NCBI GenBank assembly: GCA_050015375.1 | Contig: JBEKBN010000006.1 | Span: 454 to 64,453, forward strand | DNA: 64,000 nucleotides | DNA from: Minisyncoccia bacterium | GTDB lineage: Bacteria; Patescibacteriota; Minisyncoccia; 2-02-FULL-40-12; IGHO2-01-FULL-4-A | Direction: 5' to 3' | Shown: in pieces, positions 39,401 to 48,497 of the stretch | How positions within the stretch are numbered: position 1 is the first letter of the stretch | Layout of the letters: each line of letters opens with the position of its first letter | Notes under the pieces: model-generated | What the model was told of the DNA's origin: nothing | Seen by the model: the letters and a program-made list of their open reading frames with translations, nothing else | The model's database searches: none | Translations under genes and position numbers: made by a program

Positions 39401-40051
39401 GATATGCAAATGCAAACTCAAATCAATTCTGAAATTGCTGGCAGCTCGCCATTCTTCAAACTAAACGCTGCCAGCGGCGCCTATTCCTTAGTGGATAATT
39501 TCAAACAAACACTTGGCTTGCCAGATACATCCCTGACTATTGATGATGATTATCCAACCGGCACATACGTCTATACCGGCACACTTACTGGAACAAACAG
39601 CGCGACCCTGCCGGTTACTGTAACATTGGTAGTTGAAGGACCAACTCCGCCACCAACTCCTTCTGTAACACAATTGAAAATTATTACTAATCCGCAAACT
39701 ATTCTGGTAGATACCGCTTCAGGTGTGATTAGAGTGGAATCAGAGGACGCGTTAGGGAATCCATTAAAAGTTTCAGTTGCGACAGAAGTAGATTTCACCT
39801 CCAGTCCTGGAACAGGTTTGTTTTCTTCGGCAAATTATGAAAGTAAAACGTGTAATGACGATTGGTTAAGCACGCAAAGTTTAACCATAGAGAAAGGAAC
39901 TGCACATATAAGTTTCTGTTACAAAGACAACGTGGCGGGAACGCCGACACTAACAGCTTCTTCTGATGACTTGACTCCTGGTACTCAAGTAATTACAATA
40001 ACCTCAACTGATACCAGCTCAACTGACACTAGCGACACCACGCAACAATAA
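36419..40051 (+). CDS. Large secreted Thr-rich adhesin-like protein
   Basis: Signal peptide; Ig-like WDGG..YDGTTAGTYAFTG; InlB-B-like repeats (ATPAEGYHFVGWS, PTRAGYTFAGW); tandem ~140-aa domain. Confidence 0.8.
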   Translation: MKINKLGGGLKWSIFATLLATALVGGFFVHNAKATVSTCSDITLGVTQITAIQTYATADNTFADGWKWVFNVTVPTCQTLLQMRFGDWVGTAGTIPAATNIQFYSNQSTNAADEAHAIIISAANTYSGLMILSGADLDGSTPGTQIQITVEARVPIDSAGGSYSTSYGIQSNPAPTVLFVLPIGNINVANGTALDAVGLPANATVGLSNGNTQLMAVVWDGGTPTYDGTTAGTYAFTGALTLPAGVTNPDGKTANVNVIVEPIPTHTITSSVVGASVFGPKHGTISPLGATTVNDGDSQTYTITPDTGYQILELKVDGVSTTPADSYTFTNVTTDHTIAVSFAPITYTLTYSAGAHGSIVGTSPQAVNYGADGTAVTATPAEGYHFVGWSDQSTTNPRTDNDVTGNIDVTASFAVNQYTITFGSNGGSAVASITQDYGSPVTPPDDPTRAGYTFAGWVPTVPATMPLGGASLVAQWTAVVAPITHTQKDLTTWVPIQGGITADVTISTVNNKFHADGVPTGYTLVYYPNVGTYDTYTGEVYPVEGTNMDLPMSDDLNRGKEDYCNNGFNPHAIHCDGAKLWLVPTEDISTTINSDGSQTLVGDWNTIAPNILFETNLITYQATPITHTQKDLNTWAPLPNGITADVTYDLTGDTFQATGVPPGYTLVYYPKPATWTGLVYSVIGNSMTLPMPGDLNGSPSSDYCTVRNSEGNLENPHEIICQGAALWLVPTGELTDNHDGTYTINWGTASDILFETDLINYTAPTSTPSANLILTAPDATTINQSALVPETSNGIPTGGNSTVDTAINGLSPIAVRLQNTGDAASANVRISPIGDASGHIQLWAKDTLGNWYDINVTGWGPAEGFPVPAPYDATTNVYAISDEVGSYDMIANLILVSNSSLVAHTKGIITVAPAPTLLFDTGITDGSTILPGTLATQFTITTTGVPGTMHTLGLTGTTATPALADGNYDFKLVATSDVQAALTSYFGAKAGWTSDMQMQTQINSEIAGSSPFFKLNAASGAYSLVDNFKQTLGLPDTSLTIDDDYPTGTYVYTGTLTGTNSATLPVTVTLVVEGPTPPPTPSVTQLKIITNPQTILVDTASGVIRVESEDALGNPLKVSVATEVDFTSSPGTGLFSSANYESKTCNDDWLSTQSLTIEKGTAHISFCYKDNVAGTPTLTASSDDLTPGTQVITITSTDTSSTDTSDTTQQ

Positions 40052-40065
40052 ACAACTAAAACCCT

Positions 40066-40749
40066 ATGAAAAAAAATATATTGATAATTTTAGTGTATGG
40101 ATTGCTGGCGGTGTCGCTGTTTGTGTTTGGTAATCGGGTGTTTGCGGACCAAGTCACCGGAACTCTGACAACAGGAATTAGCGGCAATAACGGCCAAACA
40201 ATGAATGGCGTGGTCATTGCTCCGCCGATACCTAGCCCATTGCCCGGAACCTATCCCTTAACACAGGATAACGTGGCCCTAAAAGTTGGTTTGTCTTCCG
40301 CCGGTTCGATGAGTATTCGCTATGCTACAGATGGGTCTGTACTGACATGCGCTAACGGGAATCTATACAATGCTAATGCTCTGATTCCGGTGAGTGTCAC
40401 AACGACAATTGAGGCAATCTCGTGTTATCCAAATGGAATTTCATCTGCGGTCGCTGGTTTCACTTATACAATTAATCCGGCGACTCCGACTCCAACGCCT
40501 ACCACATCTACTGGTGGCGGCGGGGGAGGCGGGGGCTCATATTATTCCTTTACCCCGACCCCAACTCCGAGTCCAGGTGTGGCCATAGTGGGCGATATAA
40601 ACGGTAATGGTAAGGTGGATATTAGTGACTTCGATATGTTGATGAACAATTGGGGGAAAACCGGAACTGGAATCCAAGGCGATTTGGACCACAACGGCGT
40701 TGTTGATATATTGGATTTTAATTTATTGATGGCTAACTGGAGTAAATAA
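40066..40749 (+). CDS. Secreted protein with chitobiase/Fn3-associated domain and C-terminal dockerin
   Basis: IRYATDGS..TTIEAI; GDINGNGKVDISDFDML and GDLDHNGVVDILDFNLL duplicated Ca-binding loops. Confidence 0.82.
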   Translation: MKKNILIILVYGLLAVSLFVFGNRVFADQVTGTLTTGISGNNGQTMNGVVIAPPIPSPLPGTYPLTQDNVALKVGLSSAGSMSIRYATDGSVLTCANGNLYNANALIPVSVTTTIEAISCYPNGISSAVAGFTYTINPATPTPTPTTSTGGGGGGGGSYYSFTPTPTPSPGVAIVGDINGNGKVDISDFDMLMNNWGKTGTGIQGDLDHNGVVDILDFNLLMANWSK

Positions 40750-40768
40750 TTACGACAAAATCACAAAC

Positions 40769-41518
40769 ATGAAAAAAATATTGTTCAGTTCAATACTGGT
40801 CACTGGATTCGCGGTTTTTTTTGTCGGAAATGCTCTGGCCGATTCATCAATATCGTTGTCGCCGGTTAGTATTTCTCCGAAAGCGGGAAGCACGGTCAAT
40901 GTTACCGTGACGGTCAATCCAAATAGCGTCAGTAATTCAACCGTAAAGCTTGTACTTAATTATCCCGCCGATCTTCTGCAAGCAACAGGATTCACTTTTG
41001 CCGGTAACTGGATGCCGTTGACTCAAACCGGTTACGATTCCATCGATAACACAGGAGGTACCCTGATTAAAACTGGCGGTTATCCGGGCGGATTCTCGAC
41101 AACCACGACCCTTGGCACGGTAACATTCAAAGCGAAGAGAACCGGCACCGGCGCAATCAGTATCGGAAGCGGTTCAATGGTTCTGGATTTAAGCAGTAAA
41201 AATGTTTTGACCGATATTTCTTCAACTGTGACAATTTCAATTCCGACTTTAACAGCGCCGACTCCGAAACCGTCAACAATTGTAGGCAATATTCCGGCAG
41301 TTTCGCCGGTAACTGGCGTCACTGAATCGGCGACGCCGAGCCCCATTGTCGCCGCCAATGCATTGCCAGCCAATGGCCAGCAATACGGCACTATCGCCAC
41401 GGCCCTCGGAATTCATAACGGCACGTGGTGGATTTGGCTAGTAGTTCTCTTGGTCATCATCTATCTCATCTATCGGATATTCAGGAAAAGATCCGGCCCG
41501 AGCCAGCCGACTCAATAA
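40769..41518 (+). CDS. Cohesin-like domain protein with C-terminal TM anchor
   Basis: Signal peptide; VNVTVTV..LNYPADLL..LGTVTFKAK..GTGAISI; TM plus RKR. Confidence 0.72.
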   Translation: MKKILFSSILVTGFAVFFVGNALADSSISLSPVSISPKAGSTVNVTVTVNPNSVSNSTVKLVLNYPADLLQATGFTFAGNWMPLTQTGYDSIDNTGGTLIKTGGYPGGFSTTTTLGTVTFKAKRTGTGAISIGSGSMVLDLSSKNVLTDISSTVTISIPTLTAPTPKPSTIVGNIPAVSPVTGVTESATPSPIVAANALPANGQQYGTIATALGIHNGTWWIWLVVLLVIIYLIYRIFRKRSGPSQPTQ

Positions 41519-41706
41519 GTTTCGGAGACAGTAAGCAACTCGCCTGCCCGAAGGGGTAGGAGGTGGATATTGACAACAAAAACCAGCTTGATATAATGGA
41601 GGTACTAAACGTGAAAAGCATCCTAGATGGGTGCTTTTCGGTCTATGGTGCATAACTTCATAGAGTTTGCCTGTTAAAACTGTCATAATTAATATAAAAA
41701 GAACTT

Positions 41707-42243
41707 ATGAAAATACCGCTACCAAAACTCAAGGCGATTATTAGGTATTTTGGTACCCATACTGATCCCAAATTTCTCGGCAAGGTTAAATTAATGAAAC
41801 TTTTCTACTTTCTTGATTTCATGCATGTCAAAAAATTTGGTGCACCCATAACATATGACTGTTATATCAACTTAGAACATGGTCCAATACCGTCAGCTAT
41901 TAAAAATCTAGTTGACTCGGCCGCAGATGATATTGATAATTCCGTCCTCGCTGACGCAATCAGGATTGAAAGACCGCAAAGTACCGATATGTACAGAGTG
42001 GTGCCTCTTAGGGAATTCAATAAAGCTGATGAAAATTATTTCTCTGAAACCGAGCTCGAAACATTAAAAAAAGTATGCGCAAGGTTTAGCGACAAAAATA
42101 CGAAATTCATTGAAGATGAATCTCACAAAGAAGCTCCGTGGAAAGAAACCAAGTTTTTGGATGTAATACCCTACGAACTCGCCACTAAGGACAAAGATTG
42201 TTTAATATCCGAAGAAGAAATAAAACTACTTCTTTCTATCTGA
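41707..42243 (+). CDS. Panacea (DUF4065/SocA) domain antitoxin-like protein
   Basis: KLMKLFYFLDF..ITYD.Y..LEHGPIP; SHKEAPW; IPY. Confidence 0.85.
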   Translation: MKIPLPKLKAIIRYFGTHTDPKFLGKVKLMKLFYFLDFMHVKKFGAPITYDCYINLEHGPIPSAIKNLVDSAADDIDNSVLADAIRIERPQSTDMYRVVPLREFNKADENYFSETELETLKKVCARFSDKNTKFIEDESHKEAPWKETKFLDVIPYELATKDKDCLISEEEIKLLLSI

Positions 42244-42244
42244 A

Positions 42245-42655
42245 GTGCTTAACCTAATAAAATTTGGGGATGTTTTTGTTTATAAAGGTACTGAATGGGT
42301 TTTCTTGGCAAAAACCGAAGAACTCCTTTTCGCAGCCCAAATACTGGATAAAGAGCAAACGGCTCAAATAGATTTATTATTTAATAAGCTAGCCTCAAAG
42401 GGCAGCAAGATTGCCGACCAGATAAAAGATAAACCTCTTTATTGTTATGTTGTCCTCGAGACAGAAAAATTTAAAAGAAGAGCAGCTCATTTCAAAACAG
42501 CCATCAGCGGCAAAAGCGCAAATGATAATGAGCCTTTTTTTGATAAAATACTGGATCCTTTGATAAAAAGCGATTTGGTTAATATTAAAAAACAAATTAT
42601 AAATGGTCCGTTTAGCAAATTACTTAAGGATATAGTAAGGGATATTGATATTTAA
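42245..42655 (+). CDS. Hypothetical protein, candidate toxin partner
   Basis: GTG start 1 nt after the Panacea stop; AT-rich like its neighbour. Confidence 0.6.
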   Translation: MLNLIKFGDVFVYKGTEWVFLAKTEELLFAAQILDKEQTAQIDLLFNKLASKGSKIADQIKDKPLYCYVVLETEKFKRRAAHFKTAISGKSANDNEPFFDKILDPLIKSDLVNIKKQIINGPFSKLLKDIVRDIDI

Positions 42656-42667
42656 AATGAAACTACT

Positions 42668-43213
42668 ATGAACATACCGACGAAAATATTTTTTACAAAA
42701 GGGGTGGGAGCGCACAAAGACCGGCTGGCTTCTTTTGAGATGGCTTTGAGGAATGCCGGCATTGAAAAATGCAATCTGGTTTATGTCTCAAGTATTTTTC
42801 CTCCCCGGTGCAAGATCGTTACAAAAGAAGAAGGTATGAAATCGCTGGAGGCGGGCCAGATAACTTTTTGCGTCATGGCAAGGAATGAAACCAACGAACC
42901 CAACAGATTGATCTCTTCGGCGATCGGAGTCGCCGTGCCAAGAGACAATAGCACTTACGGTTATTTGTCGGAGCATCATAGTTTTGGAGAGAAAGCGGAA
43001 ATAGCCGGCGAATACGCGGAAGACCTGGCCGCCACCATGCTTGCCACCACTCTTGGAATAGAATTTGATCCGGCCACGGCCTGGGAAGAAAGAGAACAAA
43101 TTTACAAAGCAAGCGGGTACATATTTAAGACATCAAATTTTTGCCAGACGGCCGAAGGAAACAAAAACGGATTATGGACAACAGTCATCGCCGTCGCGGT
43201 AATGCTGGAATAA
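42668..43213 (+). CDS. pdaD: Pyruvoyl-dependent arginine decarboxylase
   Basis: [25 protein letters not shown] with Ser-Ser cleavage site; GYLSEHH. Confidence 0.88.
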   Translation: MNIPTKIFFTKGVGAHKDRLASFEMALRNAGIEKCNLVYVSSIFPPRCKIVTKEEGMKSLEAGQITFCVMARNETNEPNRLISSAIGVAVPRDNSTYGYLSEHHSFGEKAEIAGEYAEDLAATMLATTLGIEFDPATAWEEREQIYKASGYIFKTSNFCQTAEGNKNGLWTTVIAVAVMLE

Positions 43214-43265
43214 AACAGACCCTCCCTTTGGCATAATTGTATCAAAATGATACTATTGTGGTCAG

Positions 43266-44390
43266 ATGAAGTATAGAAATCATGAAACTGAAGTTGTTTT
43301 GTTTTTCGCCGTTTTTTTGATGGGAATTTTGGTTTTTGCGGTCGGGGCGGAAAATGCCAGGGCGAGCTATCACTTTGCCAATTATCGGGGACAACCGCCG
43401 ATCCATATTTACGGCGGGACGAGTAAAACACCCAAAGGCATGACACCGGCACAAATCAAAAAAATCTACAATTTGCCGGCAAGCGGGGGCTCGGGCACGA
43501 TCGCTATTGTCGGCGCGTACGATGACGCGACGATCGAGGCCGATCTGGCTGGTTTCGATAAACAATTCAATCTCGTGTCTTGCACGACTAAAAACGGCTG
43601 TTTTGAAAAACATAAAATGAGCTCGGCAATTTCGGCCAACAGCGGCTGGGCGTTGGAGACGACGCTTGACGTGGAATGGTCGCATGCCATTGCGCCGAAC
43701 GCCAAAATACTTCTCGTCGAAGCGACGACGCCAAGTGGAGCCAATCTTCTGAAGGCCATTGATTACGCAACGGGCCGAGCCGACGCAGTGGCAATTTCAA
43801 TGAGTTGGGGCGGAGCTGAATTTCCGGAAGAAACCACATTAGATAGTCATTTCGTCAGCAAATCAGGCGCCGTCTTTTTTGCATCCTCGGGCGATAACGG
43901 CTGGGGCGCGTCTTGGCCGGCATCGAGTCCGAATGTCATCGGCGTCGGCGGGACGACCGTTGTCATGAGCTCGAACGGAACTTTTCAAAAAGAAACTGCC
44001 TGGAGCGGCAGTGGCGGCGGTGTCAGCAAATACGAAAAACAACCCGGCTTTCAGGCGGATTATTCAATAACCAAAAGCAACGGCATGCGGGCGATCCCTG
44101 ATGTCGCTTATGATGCCGATCCGGCTTCGGGTTTCCCGATCTATCGTCTTGGCATTTGGCGAACGGTTGGGGGAACTTCCGCCGGCGCGCCTCAATGGGC
44201 AGGTATCGCCGCTTTGAACCACTCGGTTTCAAACAGCAAGATTTATCAGGACAAAGCGGCCGACAATTTCGCATCATATTTTCGCGACATCGTCAGCGGC
44301 GCGAACGGCGATTGTAAATATTATTGTCAAGCCCGAAAACATTACGACTACATCACCGGCCTGGGCAGTCCTCAGACATCATCATTCTGA
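43266..44390 (+). CDS. S53 (sedolisin-like) peptidase
   Basis: ETTLDVEW, SMSWG, ASSGDNG, VGGT, IPDVA, GGTSAGAP, YDYITGLGSP. Confidence 0.9.
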   Translation: MKYRNHETEVVLFFAVFLMGILVFAVGAENARASYHFANYRGQPPIHIYGGTSKTPKGMTPAQIKKIYNLPASGGSGTIAIVGAYDDATIEADLAGFDKQFNLVSCTTKNGCFEKHKMSSAISANSGWALETTLDVEWSHAIAPNAKILLVEATTPSGANLLKAIDYATGRADAVAISMSWGGAEFPEETTLDSHFVSKSGAVFFASSGDNGWGASWPASSPNVIGVGGTTVVMSSNGTFQKETAWSGSGGGVSKYEKQPGFQADYSITKSNGMRAIPDVAYDADPASGFPIYRLGIWRTVGGTSAGAPQWAGIAALNHSVSNSKIYQDKAADNFASYFRDIVSGANGDCKYYCQARKHYDYITGLGSPQTSSF

Positions 44391-44431
44391 TCTTATTTGA
44401 GCCGCAGGGGATTTCAGTGTATTCTTAAACC

Positions 44432-44758
44432 GTGAAATACTCACCACAAAAAATCGGATTTTTTCAGGCGATCGGGGTCGTTTTGTATATTTGTCTTTTC
44501 GCGACGGCAGTTCAGATCGTCCAAAACTGGAGACCGAGTTTTTTCATGCAATCCGGACCGGCCAGCGGAATTATAATTTTTCTTTTGGTTTTCGTGGTTT
44601 CGGCCACGATTTGCGGGGCGATGTTTCTGGGTTATCCGGCGGTTCTGTTGTTTGAAGGCAAAAAATCCGAAGCCGTCAAAACGGTGCTTTGGTCAATTCT
44701 CTGGCTGGTCATCTTTGCTATCGTCATCGGCTCGGCTTTTCTTCTTTTGGTTTATTGA
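44432..44758 (+). CDS. Small three-TM membrane protein
   Basis: Three hydrophobic segments; GTG start. Confidence 0.7.
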   Translation: MKYSPQKIGFFQAIGVVLYICLFATAVQIVQNWRPSFFMQSGPASGIIIFLLVFVVSATICGAMFLGYPAVLLFEGKKSEAVKTVLWSILWLVIFAIVIGSAFLLLVY

Positions 44759-44818
44759 CCGCTGGCAATTTTTCAAGCAGTTTTTTCTTCATTGACGCCA
44801 ATGATTTTTTGAGATATT

Positions 44819-45520
44819 GTGTTTTTGCGTTCTTTTAATAATCCATATCATTTTGAAAGGCGGTGGCAAGTGGAGCCAGGTGCGGTATTGACGGGCCATG
44901 CGGCCGTTCGGATCAGTGGTAGATTAAGTTTAACCGCTCAGGTAGTGAGAGTTTTGCTGGATTCAGGTTTGTTTGTCTTATTATCCGAGGACAAAAATAA
45001 GAATTGTGTTCGCAAGCTGATCTACTCTGAGATTGATGATTTGTGTTTCGTTGTCATTCAGAATTGTGTCAACGGGAATATAGTGACAATTCATGAAGCC
45101 GAACATTGCGCAGAAATTTCAACCGAGGCGATGGCGCAAGCAAAAGAACTGGTCGGGAACATAGAAATCGGGACATACTTTAATCCCGTTTTGATCCAAA
45201 ACGACCAGAAAATCAGGTTTGGAATATATTATCTGGATTCAGCTGCCAACCAAACACGAGTATTGAACATCAAAGTTACCGCGAATAAGTATCTCGGGAT
45301 TCTTGATCCTTTGGAAGCAAACGCGGAACTGGAGGATGAACTTTGCGAGATGATAAAGCGATCACTTCGTCCAAAAGATATAATTATGTCGGCATTTTTT
45401 AAAATCACTGAAAAAGATAAAGCCAGATACTTCCCAGTTAAAAACCTCCTTATCCACCTGGACTCTTTGCGAAGAAGGTCTTTGCGAAAAAAATCCTTGA
45501 CCAAAACCGCCTCTACCTAA
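44819..45520 (+). CDS. Orphan hypothetical protein (start probably further downstream)
   Basis: Long ORF with no recognised motif; hairpin plus T-run downstream. Confidence 0.55.
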   Translation: MFLRSFNNPYHFERRWQVEPGAVLTGHAAVRISGRLSLTAQVVRVLLDSGLFVLLSEDKNKNCVRKLIYSEIDDLCFVVIQNCVNGNIVTIHEAEHCAEISTEAMAQAKELVGNIEIGTYFNPVLIQNDQKIRFGIYYLDSAANQTRVLNIKVTANKYLGILDPLEANAELEDELCEMIKRSLRPKDIIMSAFFKITEKDKARYFPVKNLLIHLDSLRRRSLRKKSLTKTAST

Positions 45521-45635
45521 GTCGGACAACATCCGGCTTTTATGTTTGACATTGTGGATAACTTCTGGTATGATGGGTAAATCAGAGTTGTTCTTTGCCA
45601 TCACGATATTTACCTAAACCTGAAAAGGAGAATCC

Positions 45636-46037
45636 GTGGAAAAAAAGAATGAATTAATTCGGTCTGCTGCTTATTTGATGATCTGCCCGACATGTCTAGT
45701 TCATGGCTGGTTCATCTCCGCTGACGGGAAAAAAAGTCGCGGATTTGCTTCAAAGGAATCCGCCAAAATCGAGCTCGAAAGAGGTTTTTCGGCCGGCGTT
45801 TATTCACTGGAGGAGAGGCAACATCTGAAGGTCGAGATTGAGTCATGTTCATTGGCTGATCTCGAGATTGAAGTTGGGTATTTCAACCATGTGCTCGATG
45901 TCTCCGAGAATTCAAGCGTGGATCTATCAGTTTTCACGCGCATACTCGCCGCCTTGTCAAACGAAGAGGTGAATCCGGCGATTTATACCGACAAAGAACT
46001 CGCCAGTTTGCCGACCGGCAGTAAGTATGCCATGTGA
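45636..46037 (+). CDS. Orphan hypothetical protein (CPTCLVH)
   Basis: TTGACA-17-TATGAT promoter; AAGGAG SD. Confidence 0.62.
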   Translation: MEKKNELIRSAAYLMICPTCLVHGWFISADGKKSRGFASKESAKIELERGFSAGVYSLEERQHLKVEIESCSLADLEIEVGYFNHVLDVSENSSVDLSVFTRILAALSNEEVNPAIYTDKELASLPTGSKYAM

Positions 46038-46264
46038 AAGGAGCCGGTATGAAAGATATCCTTGAATTTTATGTCGCGGTTATCTTGGTATTTTTTGCGA
46101 TTATTTTTTCGGACGATATCGCTGGTATGATTATGTATTCATTTCAGCCGTCGCGTCCGAGAATTGTCGTGAATGATCTGAAGAAGGAATTGAAAACCAT
46201 TCCATTCCTCGTACTTCCGCTATACCTTTCCAGACGCAAATCGCGCCACATCCCGCCAGAGTAA
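46034..46264 (+). CDS. Small orphan membrane protein
   Basis: AAGGAG before ATG 46049; one TM; terminator ATCCCGCC...GGCGGGAT-Tn. Confidence 0.5.
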   Translation: MKGAGMKDILEFYVAVILVFFAIIFSDDIAGMIMYSFQPSRPRIVVNDLKKELKTIPFLVLPLYLSRRKSRHIPPE

Positions 46265-46315
46265 TCGGCGGGATTTTTTCTTTTCTTTTTTTCCAATTTT
46301 GATATAATAAAATCA

Positions 46316-46362
46316 ATGCAAGAACTGCGAGAAATGATCGAAGAAATGCAGTTGAAAGTCCC
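46316..46362 (+). pseudogene. Detached duplicate of the prfB 5' end
   Basis: MQELREMIEEMQLKV aligns ungapped with MTTLREELNSMQDKC at 46684; preceded by TGATATAAT. Confidence 0.65.
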
Positions 46363-46364
46363 TG

Positions 46365-46667
46365 TTCACCCCTCACCCAGAAAGCTAAAATTATGTTCTG
46401 CGTTTATTTAATTAAAAGTTTAAAAGATGGCTCGATCTATATCGGATACACGCCTAATTTAAAAAGGAGGTTAGCAGAACATAATTCAAATCAAAGTGTG
46501 TATACAAAAAATAAAGGACCATACGAACCGATTTATTGCGAGTTTTACAAATCGAAACAGGATGCAATAAATCGAGAACAAAATTTGAAAAGATTTGCGC
46601 AAGCATATTCGCAGTTGAAAAAAAGAATTACTTTTTCTCTGGAGTAGCTTTCTGGGTGAGGGGCAAG
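46365..46667 (+). mobile_element. GIY-YIG cassette with perfect 19-bp terminal inverted repeats
   Basis: TTCA-CCCCTCACCCAGAAAGCTA (46369-46387) ... TAGCTTTCTGGGTGAGGGG (46645-46663)-CAAG. Confidence 0.85.
46393..46647 (+). CDS. GIY-YIG nuclease, small stand-alone type
   Basis: CVYLIKS...IYIGYT.NLKRRLAEHN...AINREQNLK. Confidence 0.92.
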   Translation: MFCVYLIKSLKDGSIYIGYTPNLKRRLAEHNSNQSVYTKNKGPYEPIYCEFYKSKQDAINREQNLKRFAQAYSQLKKRITFSLE

Positions 46668-46683
46668 TCCGGGAGTTTAACAT

Positions 46684-47758
46684 ATGACTACTTTGCGTGA
46701 AGAATTGAATAGTATGCAAGATAAGTGCCGTGCCGTGCGGCACCGTCTTTGACCTAGGCGAATCGCGAGAAAAAATCAAGCAAATTGAAACCGAAATGCA
46801 AGCGCCCGGTTTTTGGAATAACAACGAAAAAGCCGGTAAAGCGTCAAAAGAATTAAATGATCTAAAAACCGAAGTCGAATTCTGGGAAACAACGATGCTG
46901 GAACTGGACGAATTCGGAAAGATGTCCGACGAGGAAATTCAGAAAAAAGAAATCGAAATCCGAGCTTTCAAAAAGAATTTCGACAAAGAATACATAAAAA
47001 TATTTTTGTCAGGAAAATACGACAAAGGCAATGCCCTTTTGTATGTCTATTCCGGCGCCGGCGGCGTGGACGCCCAGGATTGGGCTTCAATGCTTTTGCG
47101 GATGTATCAGAAATACGCCGAGCGCGAGGGTTATGGCTGGACGCTTTTGCAACAGTCCTTTGGCGAGCAGAACGGCACCAAAAGCGCCGTCGCCGAGATC
47201 ACCGGCCGCTGGGCTTACGGAAAATTGCGGGGCGAGGCCGGTGTTCATCGTTTGGTCAGGATTTCACCCTTCTCGGCCAAGTCGTTGCGCCACACATCGT
47301 TCGCTCTCGTGGACGTGCTTCCCGAGATTGAAGATGTTAAAATTAATATTGACCCGAAAGATCTGCGAATTGATACTTTTCGGTCATCGGGACCGGGCGG
47401 ACAGAATGTCAACAAACTGGAAACGGCCGTCAGGATCACCCATATTCCGACGAATCTGACCGTTGCCGTCCAATCGGAGCGTTCTCAAGCCCAGAACAAA
47501 GCCAAAGCCATGACGCTCTTGCAATCCCGTCTGGCGCAATTGATGGAAGAGAAAAAAATTCAGGAAATTTCCGAGCTTCGGCTTGACACCAAAGACAGCG
47601 CCATTGAATGGGGTAGTCAGATCCGTTCCTATGTCATTCATCCTTACAAGATGGTCAAAGACCACCGGACCGAGGTTGAGACGACGCAGGTTGACAAGGT
47701 TCTGGAAGGGGAGTTGGATGAATTCATAGAAAAAGAGTTGGTGGTTGGTAGGTCGTAG
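46684..47758 (+). CDS. prfB: Peptide chain release factor 2 with programmed +1 frameshift
   Basis: 22 codons from ATG 46684 end in CTT TGA C (46747-46753); +1 frame has GAGGVDAQDW, RISPF, GPGGQ, WGSQIRSY. Confidence 0.96.
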
Positions 47759-47813
47759 TTTGTAGATTGGAACGCCAAAACTACTTACTACTCACTACTT
47801 ACTACAAACTAAC
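47742..47813. repeat. Inverted pair of degenerate heptamer arrays at the prfB-ftsE junction
   Basis: TGGTAGG TCGTAGT TTGTAGA ... CTACTTA CTACTCA CTACTTA CTACAAA CTAAC, ending at the ftsE TTG start. Confidence 0.75.
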
Positions 47814-48497
47814 TTGATCGAGTTTAAAAATCTGACAAAAATTTACGAACCAAATATCGTGGTTCTGGACAACATCAACCTTGAAATTAAAAAAGGCGAG
47901 TTTGTTTCTTTGGTCGGACTTTCCGGCGCCGGCAAATCCACGATGATGAAAATGCTGACCAAAGAAGAAAAACCGACCAAAGGCAAAGTTCTAATAGACA
48001 AAATCGATGTTGATTCGATCGAGGGTAAAGAAATTCCATATTTCCGGCGGACCATCGGCACGGTTTATCAGGATTATAAATTATTAACCGCCAAAACCGC
48101 CTACGAAAATGTCGCCTTCGCCATGGAAGTTTCCGATGCCACCAAAGACGACATCGCCAAAGACGTGCCTCAGATCTTATCTATCGTCGGTTTGGCCGAC
48201 AAGAGCGGAAATTTTCCCAGCCAGTTGTCGGGCGGCGAGAAACAGCGACTGGCCATTGCCCGGGCGCTCATCCACCGGCCGAAAATCCTTCTCGCCGACG
48301 AGCCGACCGGCAATCTGGATTTGGTCAACAGTTTTGATGTGGTAAAATTATTATTGAAGATAAACGAGCTGGGCACGACAGTCATTTTGGCCACCCATGA
48401 CACCAATATCGTCAACACCATCGGCCGGCGGGTGGTCAGCATGGACAAAGGCAAGATCGTCAAAGACCAATTAGAGAACGGAAGATACGTAATATGA
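47814..48497 (+). CDS. ftsE: Cell division ATP-binding protein FtsE
   Basis: GLSGAGKST, IGTVYQDYKLL, LSGGEKQR, GTTVILATHD; upstream of ftsX. Confidence 0.92.
   Translation: MIEFKNLTKIYEPNIVVLDNINLEIKKGEFVSLVGLSGAGKSTMMKMLTKEEKPTKGKVLIDKIDVDSIEGKEIPYFRRTIGTVYQDYKLLTAKTAYENVAFAMEVSDATKDDIAKDVPQILSIVGLADKSGNFPSQLSGGEKQRLAIARALIHRPKILLADEPTGNLDLVNSFDVVKLLLKINELGTTVILATHDTNIVNTIGRRVVSMDKGKIVKDQLENGRYVI

Noticed and set aside
46730-46750. GTG start for RF2 from the ORF track
   Set aside because: The true start is ATG 46684 with the +1 shift at CTT TGA C
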